A stretch of 64,000 bases of DNA from IMG/VR virus record IMGVR_UViG_3300009008_000003, one strand, 5' to 3'. The stretch comes from a virus. Under the pieces are notes generated by a model that saw nothing but the letters and a program-made list of their open reading frames with translations, did no database searches and was not told where the DNA came from. Positions 48,277 to 58,539 of the stretch are shown one piece after another. The stretch's first letter is position 1, and each line of letters starts with the position of its first letter. Made by a program: the position numbers and the translations under genes.

Positions 48277-48559
48277 TTATGTGTGAACCGATTTCGTTGG
48301 ATATCGAGTTGTTTCATTGGTTTTCCTTTGTTTAGTGTATGTATATAAAAAAGAGCTCGTTAAAGCTCTTTTGGGCATGCCCACCAGTAACCTGATCGCC
48401 TTTTTCTTAAGGAGGTCAAGAACCATTACTACTTGCTTCATGTATTTTTCTCTATTCAGATTGCTTCTATTGGATACGAAGAAGTATGTAATTGTCGATC
48501 CAATGATCAGTCCTGCCCCTGCAGCAATAGCAATGACAGCAATTAGTGGAAGTGGCATT

Positions 48560-48871
48560 TCAAAGCTCCAGCTTATTGTTTCCATTAGTGACTCCTTTGA
48601 GTTTCCATTGGGGTAATGCTCGGCTAGTGAGCATTTCAGCGGTGATTTCATAGCCTGGCACATGTAGTTGGCTGATAAGCTCTGTAGTTAGTTTTGCTTT
48701 TGCTATATCAGCGGTGTTCCAGTCTAGAGTAGACTTGTATAGCCACTCAGCTTCGGTACCGTCGTCGATTAGACGATTTATGCGCTGGAAGCGGAAGTCT
48801 TTAGAATATGACATGCTTTCATACCAACGCATCAGTAGTTGTTGCATTTGCCACATGACCATTTGTTCCAT
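48560..48871 (-). CDS. Hypothetical protein
   Basis: 103 aa, downstream of motif 48908-48915. Confidence 0.5.
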   Translation of the reverse strand: MEQMVMWQMQQLLMRWYESMSYSKDFRFQRINRLIDDGTEAEWLYKSTLDWNTADIAKAKLTTELISQLHVPGYEITAEMLTSRALPQWKLKGVTNGNNKLEL

Positions 48872-48916
48872 GATTGCCTCTTTTGTGAAAGTTAACTCTA
48901 CATAGTTCTTATACCA

Positions 48917-49579
48917 TTAAAGCTTAAGTATTGATTTAAAGAATTCTACCGCTTTTTGAGCTTCTTGCTCATCATGGTCATAGTCATCTGTTTGCAGCGG
49001 GGGTAGCTTGGCTGTTCGACACAAACGCCCAAACATGGTATATATTTCTTTGAAGTGTTTAAAATGTCGTAGATACTCTTCTTCTGTCCAGTTTTTTGTA
49101 TCATTGGCGTCTTTATACTCATGTAGTTCTTTCACCACACTAGGAAAGGCGCCCTTTGGTATTTTATCAGCAACTGTTTTTTCTTCTACCTCAAGCATCA
49201 TATCTAAAAGCCTACAATGATGCTCGTGCATCCATTGCTTCATGACTTGACCCGCAGTTATATCGCGTACTACTTCCATGGATATTTCATCAAGTAGATC
49301 AAACCCTTCTACTGCCAGTTTATGTAATGCGTGTTGAAACTCTGGCTCTTCTTCAAGTTCCACGTAATCTGGGCTATCTATTAGCGGTGTTATTTTCTCT
49401 ATTACAAACTTTTGAAGTTCTTCTGCAAAGTCTATAGTTTTTAGCATCAGAACCCCGGTTTTATCGCTGATAGAGGCTGTATATGGGTCTGTCTCTACTA
49501 CACTGCTTGCCCAATCAGTTACTGCCTTGGATATCCAAAAGAATACATCTGGATTTACACCTATTCTTTTACTTTTCAT
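48917..49579 (-). CDS. Hypothetical protein
   Basis: 220 aa, SD gagg. Confidence 0.6.
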   Translation of the reverse strand: MKSKRIGVNPDVFFWISKAVTDWASSVVETDPYTASISDKTGVLMLKTIDFAEELQKFVIEKITPLIDSPDYVELEEEPEFQHALHKLAVEGFDLLDEISMEVVRDITAGQVMKQWMHEHHCRLLDMMLEVEEKTVADKIPKGAFPSVVKELHEYKDANDTKNWTEEEYLRHFKHFKEIYTMFGRLCRTAKLPPLQTDDYDHDEQEAQKAVEFFKSILKL

Positions 49580-49588
49580 GTTAGTACC

Positions 49589-49924
49589 TCATGCATTAGG
49601 GTCAAATTCGACACAATTGTCTCTTACTGTTTCTTTACTTTGCTCTTCTGCCAAGTAGTTCATTAGATTTCTCAGGGATCCATTAAGTATGATAACTACT
49701 CCTATAGAGTCCTCGTTGTTTAGTTCTTCTCCTTTCTCTATTCTATTGCTTAACTCCTCTATAATTTTCTTTCCCTCTTTATTCATGGCACGCTCTTCTG
49801 GTGTTGTGGAATCGTTTAGAACTGCTTCGCTTTCTCTGGATACGATCTTCCACATGCTAAGTAAGCATTGGCGGCTCCAGGCTAACATGTCTTCAATTAC
49901 AACTTCCTCTTTCTGCTCACTCAT
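49589..49924 (-). CDS. Hypothetical protein
   Basis: 111 aa, first gene after motif 49971-49978. Confidence 0.55.
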   Translation of the reverse strand: MSEQKEEVVIEDMLAWSRQCLLSMWKIVSRESEAVLNDSTTPEERAMNKEGKKIIEELSNRIEKGEELNNEDSIGVVIILNGSLRNLMNYLAEEQSKETVRDNCVEFDPNA

Positions 49925-49983
49925 ACTTCGACCTTTATGTATCTTTATGTATATGCTATAAACTACTTTACTTATACCATCAA

Positions 49984-51210
49984 ATGCATTATATTTCTTT
50001 TATGATTAGTATAGCACAAATGAAAGTTAAATACCATGATATAGACACTGGTATTGTAATGCTATCTACTTTGGGCGCTGGGCTAGACTTCCCCATGCCG
50101 GATGAGGTAGAGGGTATAATGATTGGTAATTCTCCAGCTACTGCATTTAGACCGGGTGATGTACAAGCGCTATCGCCTGATGATATAGTAGCATGTTTGG
50201 TAGAGAAGACGGGCACTGCGGTTAAGTATCCTTTATATATAATAGGATTTCCACCACTACGCAATTCAGCTGGTAAGTATGGTGCTAGCCAGATCATGGC
50301 TGTGCCTGCCAAAGAAGGAGAAAGGTACGAATTTGGCCAGGGCGGTACCTTTATGGCTTGGCTAAAGCGCGGGCTTAAGTTATTTACTCACCCGTGGACA
50401 TATTTTGAACTATCTGGTGCAAATCAGACGTTTACCGCTCTATTTTCGCGTATATCATTAAAAACACGCGCTGGATGGCTTAAATCCAGGTGGATTAGGC
50501 CTGATTCAGACTCTAGCGGTAGTGGTAGCACTGAAGTTGCGCTAGAGATCAATGAAAGAGAGCAAAATCCATTAAATGATGATTTTGACATAGAAAACTA
50601 CGCAGATGTGGTAGATAACAACACTGATGAGTATGTGAATAAGACCATGATGCGATTTAAAGGCAAATACAGCGTCATAGAGCAACGATCTGCATTAAAT
50701 GGTACACGAACCCCCGATACTCTAATTAAACGCGTTATTGGGCGTAAAAATGAAGATGAAGGTCCATTAGAAGAGACCATATACGAGGAAAAGCGGGAAG
50801 GCGCAGATCACACTGTTAATATCAAATGGTTAGACCATGATCTTGGTAAGCTATTTTCATGGAAGCTAGATGATAAAGCTAATGTAGTGATTGATAATAA
50901 TTATCAACTAAGCATTAGTATAGAATATGATACACATACCGACACTATTTTGGTCAATGATGCCGGCATCAGGTTAAATGATGGTAGAGATAATGACATA
51001 TTACTCAGTGAAGATGGCATAACAGTAGAGGATAAAGACTCAAACAAGATAATAATGGCAGATGGGGAAATCACGGTGCAGTCAACAGGGGTATTACACT
51101 TGGAGGGTAATGGTAGCCCGGCGATACCAACCTGTGGCCCAACAACCTTACCTAATTGCCCATTTACAGGCGCCCCTCACGTGTCAACAAGCGTGGATAG
51201 TAGTACATAA
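49984..51210 (+). CDS. Putative baseplate spike / gp5-Vgr-like protein
   Basis: OB-fold-like N-terminus, beta-repeat C-terminal region (ITVEDKDSNKIIMADGEITV) and terminal CPFTGAPH metal-binding tip. Confidence 0.55.
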   Translation: MHYISFMISIAQMKVKYHDIDTGIVMLSTLGAGLDFPMPDEVEGIMIGNSPATAFRPGDVQALSPDDIVACLVEKTGTAVKYPLYIIGFPPLRNSAGKYGASQIMAVPAKEGERYEFGQGGTFMAWLKRGLKLFTHPWTYFELSGANQTFTALFSRISLKTRAGWLKSRWIRPDSDSSGSGSTEVALEINEREQNPLNDDFDIENYADVVDNNTDEYVNKTMMRFKGKYSVIEQRSALNGTRTPDTLIKRVIGRKNEDEGPLEETIYEEKREGADHTVNIKWLDHDLGKLFSWKLDDKANVVIDNNYQLSISIEYDTHTDTILVNDAGIRLNDGRDNDILLSEDGITVEDKDSNKIIMADGEITVQSTGVLHLEGNGSPAIPTCGPTTLPNCPFTGAPHVSTSVDSST

Positions 51211-52016
51211 TGCCTATTGATTGGAATGATTTCCCAGATAGCCTGTCTGCTAATATAAAAAGTTTCATGGGCTCTACGTTTGAACAGTACCCCGATGAGC
51301 ATGGCAATAATGTTATGCACGGTGGGCTTTCTTCGTTTATAGATAGTGTGGCTGTTGCTATGACGCCTGTGTGGCAAGATTACTTCAATGGTTTATCTAT
51401 CTTACCACTTACAACACTAGGTGGCAGGGGGGCGGCCAATGGCGCAGATCTAAATGGTGTAATTAGTTTATTAACCCCCGGCTGTTTGTTGACAGCCACC
51501 CCCTTCTTTGGTATACGAAGTGCATACAATAACCCTTTTGACGATGCCACTACAGACTATGTAGCAGCTTTGTTGTCTGCGCTAGACCAAGCTATGTCAC
51601 TGATAGGCACTATGTATGCCACCACATATTTGAAAATGCCACTTAGAATGGATGGCATATCAGGCTGGGTATCGGGATCACCCCCAGCTCCTGGACCATA
51701 TACACAAGGACCTGCTACAAGTGGTCAAGCACTATCGAGTGGTATATCGACATCTTTACCTGTTCAGATAGCTATGGCTGTAACGATTAAGAATTATATG
51801 GTGTCATTCTTACCTGCTCCTTTTAGCGCTGCTTTATGGTATACCTCTAACTCTAACCTAGAAATGTTTATGTTTAATATGGCACGTGGCATAGCTAAGC
51901 AGTGGTTCGATGTATTTATACCAGGCGTAGTATTCTCTGGTGGAACTCCAGTTGGTATATGTTATCCCGGCGGCAGTGTTACCGCAGTAACTTCGGGGGT
52001 ACAATTAGATGATTGA
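51210..52016 (+). CDS. Putative tail/baseplate protein
   Basis: 268 aa, coupled to the spike-like gene. Confidence 0.5.
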   Translation: MPIDWNDFPDSLSANIKSFMGSTFEQYPDEHGNNVMHGGLSSFIDSVAVAMTPVWQDYFNGLSILPLTTLGGRGAANGADLNGVISLLTPGCLLTATPFFGIRSAYNNPFDDATTDYVAALLSALDQAMSLIGTMYATTYLKMPLRMDGISGWVSGSPPAPGPYTQGPATSGQALSSGISTSLPVQIAMAVTIKNYMVSFLPAPFSAALWYTSNSNLEMFMFNMARGIAKQWFDVFIPGVVFSGGTPVGICYPGGSVTAVTSGVQLDD

Positions 52017-53496
52017 TTATCTTAATGATGTAGATGTAGGCTTTAATACATTTGAAACTTATTGCGAAAGTCGAGGCATGGGGCTTCAGCTAAGTGAGGA
52101 CGATGAGCTGGATACCGGTTACCGTCGTGCTCTGCGAGTTTGGATGCCTGTTATAGTTAATTGGGATTATGCCCCCGCCGAGCGGATAATGAAATGGGTA
52201 GGAAGACAAATATTACGTGCCTATTTTAGACAAGTATCTCATTTATTACAGGGCATATATCATGGCGCTGTGCCTATATACTATAATGCAACACATGGTA
52301 TTGGGGTGGGCGTGCCTACACCGTGGACAGGGGAAATAAACAGGACAGGAGATATAGGACTTACTTCTGTGCACATAGAGAATGGCATTAAATTAGGGTT
52401 GGATGAATACGAGTTTGATGACGCGGATGAAGTTGTAATGGAGTTTGACTATGTTGTAGTTAATGACCAAGATGATGAATATTTAGGATATTCAGGTGTC
52501 GTTGATTCTTTGCCTGTATTTGAATATGGGGTACACCAAGTAGATGATTTAGTTAGAACTGGGCGGGTAGAGGCAATAGTGGAAACCCCAAGTAGAACGT
52601 TTGAAGCTATAGGCACCTCTACGCCCAGTGGTCAGCTTAACTTTACAATACCGCAACTACTGCAGTACAATGGAACAGATTACCCAGTAATTAAAATTTA
52701 TGATGGTGATCCTGAAAATACTTTAGCCTATCATTATAGGCTAGATCATTCTCACTATTTCATGTTAGATGATACTCAGTACACAGATGCGCCAGGACAC
52801 CCTGAAACTCTGCTACTTGAACACACCCTTATACGCGGCGGTGTAACCACTACAGTTTTACCTTTCGTAAGAAGTTTAAACGACACTATTACGGGCGATG
52901 CTTTTAAAAACTACGTAGATGGCTGGGGTTCTTCTCCTTATGGGGAAAATACTGGCATAGCTTTGTGGAGCGAGCGGTATGTACCAGATCCCTCTGTGAT
53001 ATATAAACAAGGTAACATAGACACTATTGATGGTAATACTATAACGCTTAGTGGTATATTAGCAGAAAATACTGATGTTAACCGCATGATATTGCTACGC
53101 GGTGACACTTATACTATAGAAACTGTTAGCTCTGGGGCATTTATATTAGATCGTGAGGTAAATGTTAGCGGTGTTGCTAGTGTAGTGGATAGAAAAGCGG
53201 TATTTATACCAGGAACGTGGGAGAATAATGTTACATTTGATGCTAGTTTACATAATTTTCAATCATCGTCTCCGTTTCCGTCCGCAGATTCTATGAAGAA
53301 TGCTATGGGTGGATATTGGGGCACAGATCAACATGCTAATATACTTGAAGAGGCTGTTTATCATGGTATTGTTGCGATATGGGATCATTTAATACATAGT
53401 GTGAGTATTTCACAAATACAAGGACTCAACGCCAGGGGTATGTTTTTCGAAGGCGGTGGGTTTGTTGGATCTCTAGATGGATTGCAATTAACTTGA
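52009..53496 (+). CDS. Putative tail/baseplate protein
   Basis: 495 aa, acidic and beta-rich, coupled. Confidence 0.5.
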   Translation: MIDYLNDVDVGFNTFETYCESRGMGLQLSEDDELDTGYRRALRVWMPVIVNWDYAPAERIMKWVGRQILRAYFRQVSHLLQGIYHGAVPIYYNATHGIGVGVPTPWTGEINRTGDIGLTSVHIENGIKLGLDEYEFDDADEVVMEFDYVVVNDQDDEYLGYSGVVDSLPVFEYGVHQVDDLVRTGRVEAIVETPSRTFEAIGTSTPSGQLNFTIPQLLQYNGTDYPVIKIYDGDPENTLAYHYRLDHSHYFMLDDTQYTDAPGHPETLLLEHTLIRGGVTTTVLPFVRSLNDTITGDAFKNYVDGWGSSPYGENTGIALWSERYVPDPSVIYKQGNIDTIDGNTITLSGILAENTDVNRMILLRGDTYTIETVSSGAFILDREVNVSGVASVVDRKAVFIPGTWENNVTFDASLHNFQSSSPFPSADSMKNAMGGYWGTDQHANILEEAVYHGIVAIWDHLIHSVSISQIQGLNARGMFFEGGGFVGSLDGLQLT

Positions 53497-53553
53497 CTTT
53501 AGCTTTTTAATTTTATATACTTGTGTGTAAGTTTATAACTATAGGGAACACAT

Positions 53554-55269
53554 ATGGATAAAATTGCTAATATAAGAGTATCTGATCGTGCTGGAGAATG
53601 GGCGAAAGATATTCTTGAACATTTTTATACAATGTACCCAGAATTGATGAATGTAGACGCTCGTGTGCTTTTTAAGAAAAAAGAACCTAATAAGGGTTAT
53701 GGCATAGGCGGTCTTGATTTAGGCGCTGTTACAGTGCCTGTTGTTATTAGAAACTTTCATCTTGCTCCGTTGGATGTAGCGGTTTCTCAAGAAGGTAATA
53801 TACTACCTTTTAACCGCCATGTTGTAGTTGCACTAACTAATGATACATCTGCGTTTAAGAGCGCTCCACTATTAAAAGATTCGCAATCGTTCAAATTACT
53901 ATTCGGACGTAATGCCTTATCACAGAGAGAAGATATGATTGATGCTAGTAAGGGTGTAGAAAAGACAGCTTCTGCCAAGAAATATATACAAGACAACTGG
54001 TCTAGTGAGTACAATGTTACAAATCTTATTGAAGATTGGTTCAATAAGCAGGCTGGTATAGTAGAGGCAGATGAGGACGGGGTTAGAGACAAATTACCAA
54101 GAGATGTATGTTTACTGGTAAAAAATGCCTCAGCAGATCACTCCTATAGTGGTTATTTCGGTAGTTCACATTTACATGACGTGGTAGAAGAGCGTGTCAA
54201 TGCTGAACAGTTGCCAGAGGAGTTACGTGATCGTAAGATCATAGTGAAAACTGCAGCTAATGATGAAATCACTAAATATGCTGAAACGGGGGATTTTACC
54301 CTAATCACTACATCTGATATGCGTACACTGGGTATAGATGGAGATGGTAATTATAAAGAATTTCCGTATATAGGCCATAATGTTAATAAAGAAGAGGAAG
54401 AGGCACTAGTTGAGAAATTAGCTGCTGCCCCCGGTTCTGGTGATTATGGCATGTGGTATGTCAACGGGCATTTTACAGAACCTATGACAATATTAAACAT
54501 AGAAACTAGTACAGAACCTGAAATGATGAAGATTGCTACCTTCGGGGGTACTTATAAGAAGAATTATCAGGTTATTCGTCCTATTAAAGATATCGTAGAA
54601 GGCGAAAAACGTGGCGAGTACTACCTACCTACTAGCGCTTCGTGGGTCAAGCTAGCAAACTCTAGCGATGAGCTAGATAAATCTTATATGGGCGTGGCTA
54701 CGCCTAAAATTGTCAAATTAGCGGAAAATAGCTACACATGGAAGGGTCAAGAGCTTAATAAGTATGCAGAAACACGATTAAATGATTCTGGACCTTATAC
54801 AAGTAAGGACACAATGTTGGCTCTTCTTAATATGGGCGCTAGTGAAAATGATATTTTGAAGATAGCGGAGCTTAAAGTGGGGGAAGTTGCTAATGTTAAT
54901 AGTAAATTAGAACTTAAACCTACTATAGAGGAGTTCATAAAAGAAGCTGAACTCGCTGATAAAGAGTTTAAGCCTATTTTCAAAATGGGTGAACTTGTTA
55001 AGATAGCTGCACCTATTAAAGACAAGAATACAGTTGATGCTGTTTTAGGGCTTGGTTATCTTAATGCAAATGTTAATGAAGAAGAATATTTCGAATATAT
55101 ACCTCAATTAGAGGATGTTGCGCAGCGGTTATCAAAAATGCTATTGGATATTCGCCTTGGCGCACTTGATATGGATGAAAAAATAGTATCGGAGGCGTTA
55201 GAAAGCTTATCAGAGCTTATTGTTACGCTAAAACGGTTAAAACAAACGAAAGTTAATAGGAGAAAGTAA
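53554..55269 (+). CDS. KxA-motif-rich protein, putative head scaffold/internal protein
   Basis: 571 aa with 15 K-x-A tripeptides (KIA, KSA, KTA, KQA, KNA, KYA, KLA, KEA). Confidence 0.55.
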   Translation: MDKIANIRVSDRAGEWAKDILEHFYTMYPELMNVDARVLFKKKEPNKGYGIGGLDLGAVTVPVVIRNFHLAPLDVAVSQEGNILPFNRHVVVALTNDTSAFKSAPLLKDSQSFKLLFGRNALSQREDMIDASKGVEKTASAKKYIQDNWSSEYNVTNLIEDWFNKQAGIVEADEDGVRDKLPRDVCLLVKNASADHSYSGYFGSSHLHDVVEERVNAEQLPEELRDRKIIVKTAANDEITKYAETGDFTLITTSDMRTLGIDGDGNYKEFPYIGHNVNKEEEEALVEKLAAAPGSGDYGMWYVNGHFTEPMTILNIETSTEPEMMKIATFGGTYKKNYQVIRPIKDIVEGEKRGEYYLPTSASWVKLANSSDELDKSYMGVATPKIVKLAENSYTWKGQELNKYAETRLNDSGPYTSKDTMLALLNMGASENDILKIAELKVGEVANVNSKLELKPTIEEFIKEAELADKEFKPIFKMGELVKIAAPIKDKNTVDAVLGLGYLNANVNEEEYFEYIPQLEDVAQRLSKMLLDIRLGALDMDEKIVSEALESLSELIVTLKRLKQTKVNRRK

Positions 55270-55862
55270 TGGAAGAAAAAGTTCTGTTCGAAGCCTTCCA
55301 GCGTGGTCTTAATGCAGAGTTAACTAAGGTAGCTGACTATCTAGGCTCTGATTTAGATAAAGAAGTCGCTTTTGAGGCTTTCCAACGTGGATTCAATGAG
55401 GAATTAGAGAAAAATGCTGCTAATATCGGCACGGCTGTTGGTCTTTTAGGCGCTGAGATTAAAGCCGGAGCTAAAGCTGGTATTGAGGCTACAAAGGTTG
55501 TAGCGAGTAAAGCAGTAAATGCTACTAAAGCTGGTGTCACCAAGGCTACTAAGTCTACAGGTGATGCGGTTACTAGCGCTGCTAAGGCTACTAGAGACTC
55601 TGCTGTAAATGCTGCTCATGCTACTGGTGGAGCAACAGTTGCTGCTACTAAGACAGTTGGCGCTGTTCCCGGCAAGGTAAATAGAAAAGTCAGGCAGGTA
55701 GCATACGGAGCTGGTGAGAAAGTAGAGGGTAAGGGCGCTACTCGTCTAGGTCGCTTTATTCAAACCCATCCAGGTGCAGTGGGTTATGGTGTATTAGGCA
55801 CAGGCGCTGCAGGTGTTGGCTATGGTGGCTATGAAGCTGGCAAGCGTATCTTCGGTGACTAA
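55269..55862 (+). CDS. Ala/Lys-rich protein with duplicated FEAFQRG.N.EL.K.A leader and C-terminal Gly-rich helix
   Basis: LFEAFQRGLNAELTKVA and AFEAFQRGFNEELEKNA tandem; TKA-rich middle. Confidence 0.65.
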   Translation: MEEKVLFEAFQRGLNAELTKVADYLGSDLDKEVAFEAFQRGFNEELEKNAANIGTAVGLLGAEIKAGAKAGIEATKVVASKAVNATKAGVTKATKSTGDAVTSAAKATRDSAVNAAHATGGATVAATKTVGAVPGKVNRKVRQVAYGAGEKVEGKGATRLGRFIQTHPGAVGYGVLGTGAAGVGYGGYEAGKRIFGD

Positions 55863-56058
55863 AACTGGGTCTGCAACCTTACTTTATTTTTTAATAAATT
55901 TACCCAAATTCGGGCAAAATATTAGGGGGCCCTCGTTTTGAGGCTATTTCCCACAAATAAAAAAATAATAAAATACCTAAAAGATAATGCACGTTTAGAT
56001 GGAGGCCTTGGTATCAGACGGTGCTAAGGCCTTTATTTTTAATAATTTAACTAAATGA

Positions 56059-56385
56059 GTGATATGCATGGTTAAGACATATTGGGAACTAATAGAGAAG
56101 AATGCCGGAGTGGTAAGTGGTACTAAGCGCTACTTACACCTACTACGGGGTGGGCATGCTAAAACATTAAATAGAGAAATAAATAAAAATTTAATATCCG
56201 GTATGCGCGCGAAAGGTATGGCTGATTTGCGAAGGAAGCAGTTTGTAAGGGGTCTTGCAGCATCTAGTAAAATTAATGCCAGGGCAGCAGAGAAAGTTCG
56301 TGTCAAAGCAGCACGCGGTTTGACAGCTATGGGAATAACTGGCACTAGTACTACACTACTAGCACATAAAAAGCGTAAAAAATAA
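56059..56385 (+). CDS. Leader-tagged basic protein (MVKTYWELIEKNA)
   Basis: Likely start at 56068; array member. Confidence 0.65.
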   Translation: MICMVKTYWELIEKNAGVVSGTKRYLHLLRGGHAKTLNREINKNLISGMRAKGMADLRRKQFVRGLAASSKINARAAEKVRVKAARGLTAMGITGTSTTLLAHKKRKK

Positions 56386-56561
56386 AAAAAAGCATGATTA
56401 AAATAAAAAAATCATTTTGAGAGAAGCCGACGGGGTATATATAAACGGCCCAATACAAAGGGAAAATATAGAGACTCCTTTTTCGAGACAGGGAACCGAG
56501 GCTCTTTTTAAATTTATTTTTTTTATTTTTTTTCACCAATAACACAAGGAAACAAAGTATA

Positions 56562-56747
56562 ATGTTAAAAGAATTAGGATTTCAAAAACGAGCTGCATTG
56601 CCCCTTGTACCATTAGCTATAGGTGCTGCTGGTGCAATAGGTGCGGGAATAGGAGTAAAAAAGTTTCTAAAAAAGAAAAAAGAAAAGAAACTAATGACGA
56701 ATACATCGGATTCACCTAAACCGCGAACAGTTAATGTTAATTTATAA
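56562..56747 (+). CDS. Leader-tagged small protein (MLKELGFQKRA) with one hydrophobic helix
   Basis: 61 aa; array member. Confidence 0.6.
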   Translation: MLKELGFQKRAALPLVPLAIGAAGAIGAGIGVKKFLKKKKEKKLMTNTSDSPKPRTVNVNL

Positions 56748-56789
56748 AGTAAATATTTTTTTATTTTTATTTTTTTTACTTACTTACAC

Positions 56790-57605
56790 ATGACTAAACA
56801 AAGTTTAACTCAGCTATTCAAAGGAGCTAGCGTATCTTACGGTAGATTATCCTCGTTTGTAAAAGGTGAAAAACCATTAGTTCATATGGTAAATAAAGCG
56901 AATCTACCAGGATTTAATAAAACAAATAAATTATTATCTCCTGCAGAGGCTAAAGCCCGGGGATTATTAAGCAGTATTGAAGGAGCAGTAAATATCGGGA
57001 GAGTTGGCAAAGAAGCACTTAAACCGGGACATAGCATAAAGCTTTCCCCAAATGTTGCAAGGTTTAATATGCTAAAACCAATGGCAGGAATGCAAGTGGG
57101 AAATCCACCTAAAGCTATAGCAGAGGCAAGTTTAAAGGTTAAAAATCCGGCTCATTTTTTAAAATATATTAATACAGGTGCTGGAAAAACTTGGAGTAGT
57201 ATATCTTTTGCAGATAAACCGATGAGAGCTTATGGAGATGTTGGCATGTTAACGGTTCCAAGCAAGGTAAAAGGAACAGTTAGAAAATTAACTAACGAAT
57301 ACATAGCTGAGCCTCGAGTATTTAATAGAAAAGGGATGGTTCACCATGCTGTTCTACCCCAAGCAAGAGGTCTTAAAATATATGACCCAAAAGCGGTAAG
57401 CAGGGAAGAAGCCTTGAGGTATAAGTCGGAGGGTGCTATACCGATCAATAGAAGATTCAAAGCAATTCTTAAGAATTTAAGCAAAAACAGAGAAGTGCCC
57501 GGATCACAAAATGCTCTAGAACCAAAAAATATAAATAAAAAAACGGACAATATAAGGAGAATTCTAGAAAAACGAAACACTCCTATTGGACCGTTTTCGA
57601 TTTAA
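56790..57605 (+). CDS. Basic hypothetical protein
   Basis: 271 aa in the array. Confidence 0.6.
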   Translation: MTKQSLTQLFKGASVSYGRLSSFVKGEKPLVHMVNKANLPGFNKTNKLLSPAEAKARGLLSSIEGAVNIGRVGKEALKPGHSIKLSPNVARFNMLKPMAGMQVGNPPKAIAEASLKVKNPAHFLKYINTGAGKTWSSISFADKPMRAYGDVGMLTVPSKVKGTVRKLTNEYIAEPRVFNRKGMVHHAVLPQARGLKIYDPKAVSREEALRYKSEGAIPINRRFKAILKNLSKNREVPGSQNALEPKNINKKTDNIRRILEKRNTPIGPFSI

Positions 57606-57638
57606 TTAACACAAGGTTAAACAAAGTATAGGAACACT

Positions 57639-58484
57639 ATGAACACTTATTGGGAATTAATAGAACAACACGAACTTGAAAAACAAGCTAAGCTTGGTAA
57701 AGGTTTACAAACTATATTAAAAGGAAAAGCTCTTTTTTCACCAACAGCTTCACAGCAGATGCGCGGGCTAGCACATACACATGGGCGAGAAGCAGCTAAA
57801 CTTATGGCCAAGGGAGAGAAGAAGAAGGGCATTAGGATGGCACTTAAAGGCAAGCGAGCAAAAGGCATAAGTGGTGAACTCGGATTTCAAAAACAAGCTT
57901 ACAGCCTGGAATCAACTCGGGAACATAACTACTTAGCGACCCATAAAGATGCATCAAACATAGATGCATTTTATGCAAATAAAACCAGCACTATGGCACA
58001 GCGTAACGCTAAAAGAATGTCTACCCCAAGGCTTCAAAAAGTTATAGCGGATATGGAATATTCTAAATCTATTGGAAAGCCGACCGCTAAGATTGCCCCC
58101 AGAAATAAGAAAGCTAAGGGCATAAATCCAAAAGATTCAAAGGCTTACAATAGATATATAGATGCTTTAAAGCTAGAACTGAAGCATCGACAGCATGGAA
58201 TGTCTAAAACAGCAGGCGAAGCTGCAACGGCCTATAAAGTATTAAAACCTAAAGTATTAGAAATACTTAACGCAAGAAATTTTGCAGATGCAGATAGAAT
58301 AGCCAGAAGTATACCGGTATTTTCCAAAAAACTGGAAAAGGTAACAAGAGGTAAAAAAGATAAACTAATATCAAAGTGGAAGACTGATGTAGGCAACACT
58401 ATGGAAAAATCAGTTTCTGGTAATACCGAAAACCTGGCAGAGCATTATTTAAATAGAAGATTTAGAATATTTGACGATATATAG
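57639..58484 (+). CDS. Leader-tagged multi-module basic protein (MNTYWELIEQHELEKQA)
   Basis: Three modules separated by EKQA, GELGFQKQA and SKTA. Confidence 0.7.
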   Translation: MNTYWELIEQHELEKQAKLGKGLQTILKGKALFSPTASQQMRGLAHTHGREAAKLMAKGEKKKGIRMALKGKRAKGISGELGFQKQAYSLESTREHNYLATHKDASNIDAFYANKTSTMAQRNAKRMSTPRLQKVIADMEYSKSIGKPTAKIAPRNKKAKGINPKDSKAYNRYIDALKLELKHRQHGMSKTAGEAATAYKVLKPKVLEILNARNFADADRIARSIPVFSKKLEKVTRGKKDKLISKWKTDVGNTMEKSVSGNTENLAEHYLNRRFRIFDDI

Positions 58485-58539
58485 GATAACTTGATAAATG
58501 CTTACAGACCATGCAAACAAAAATTTCAACTAATCGGGT

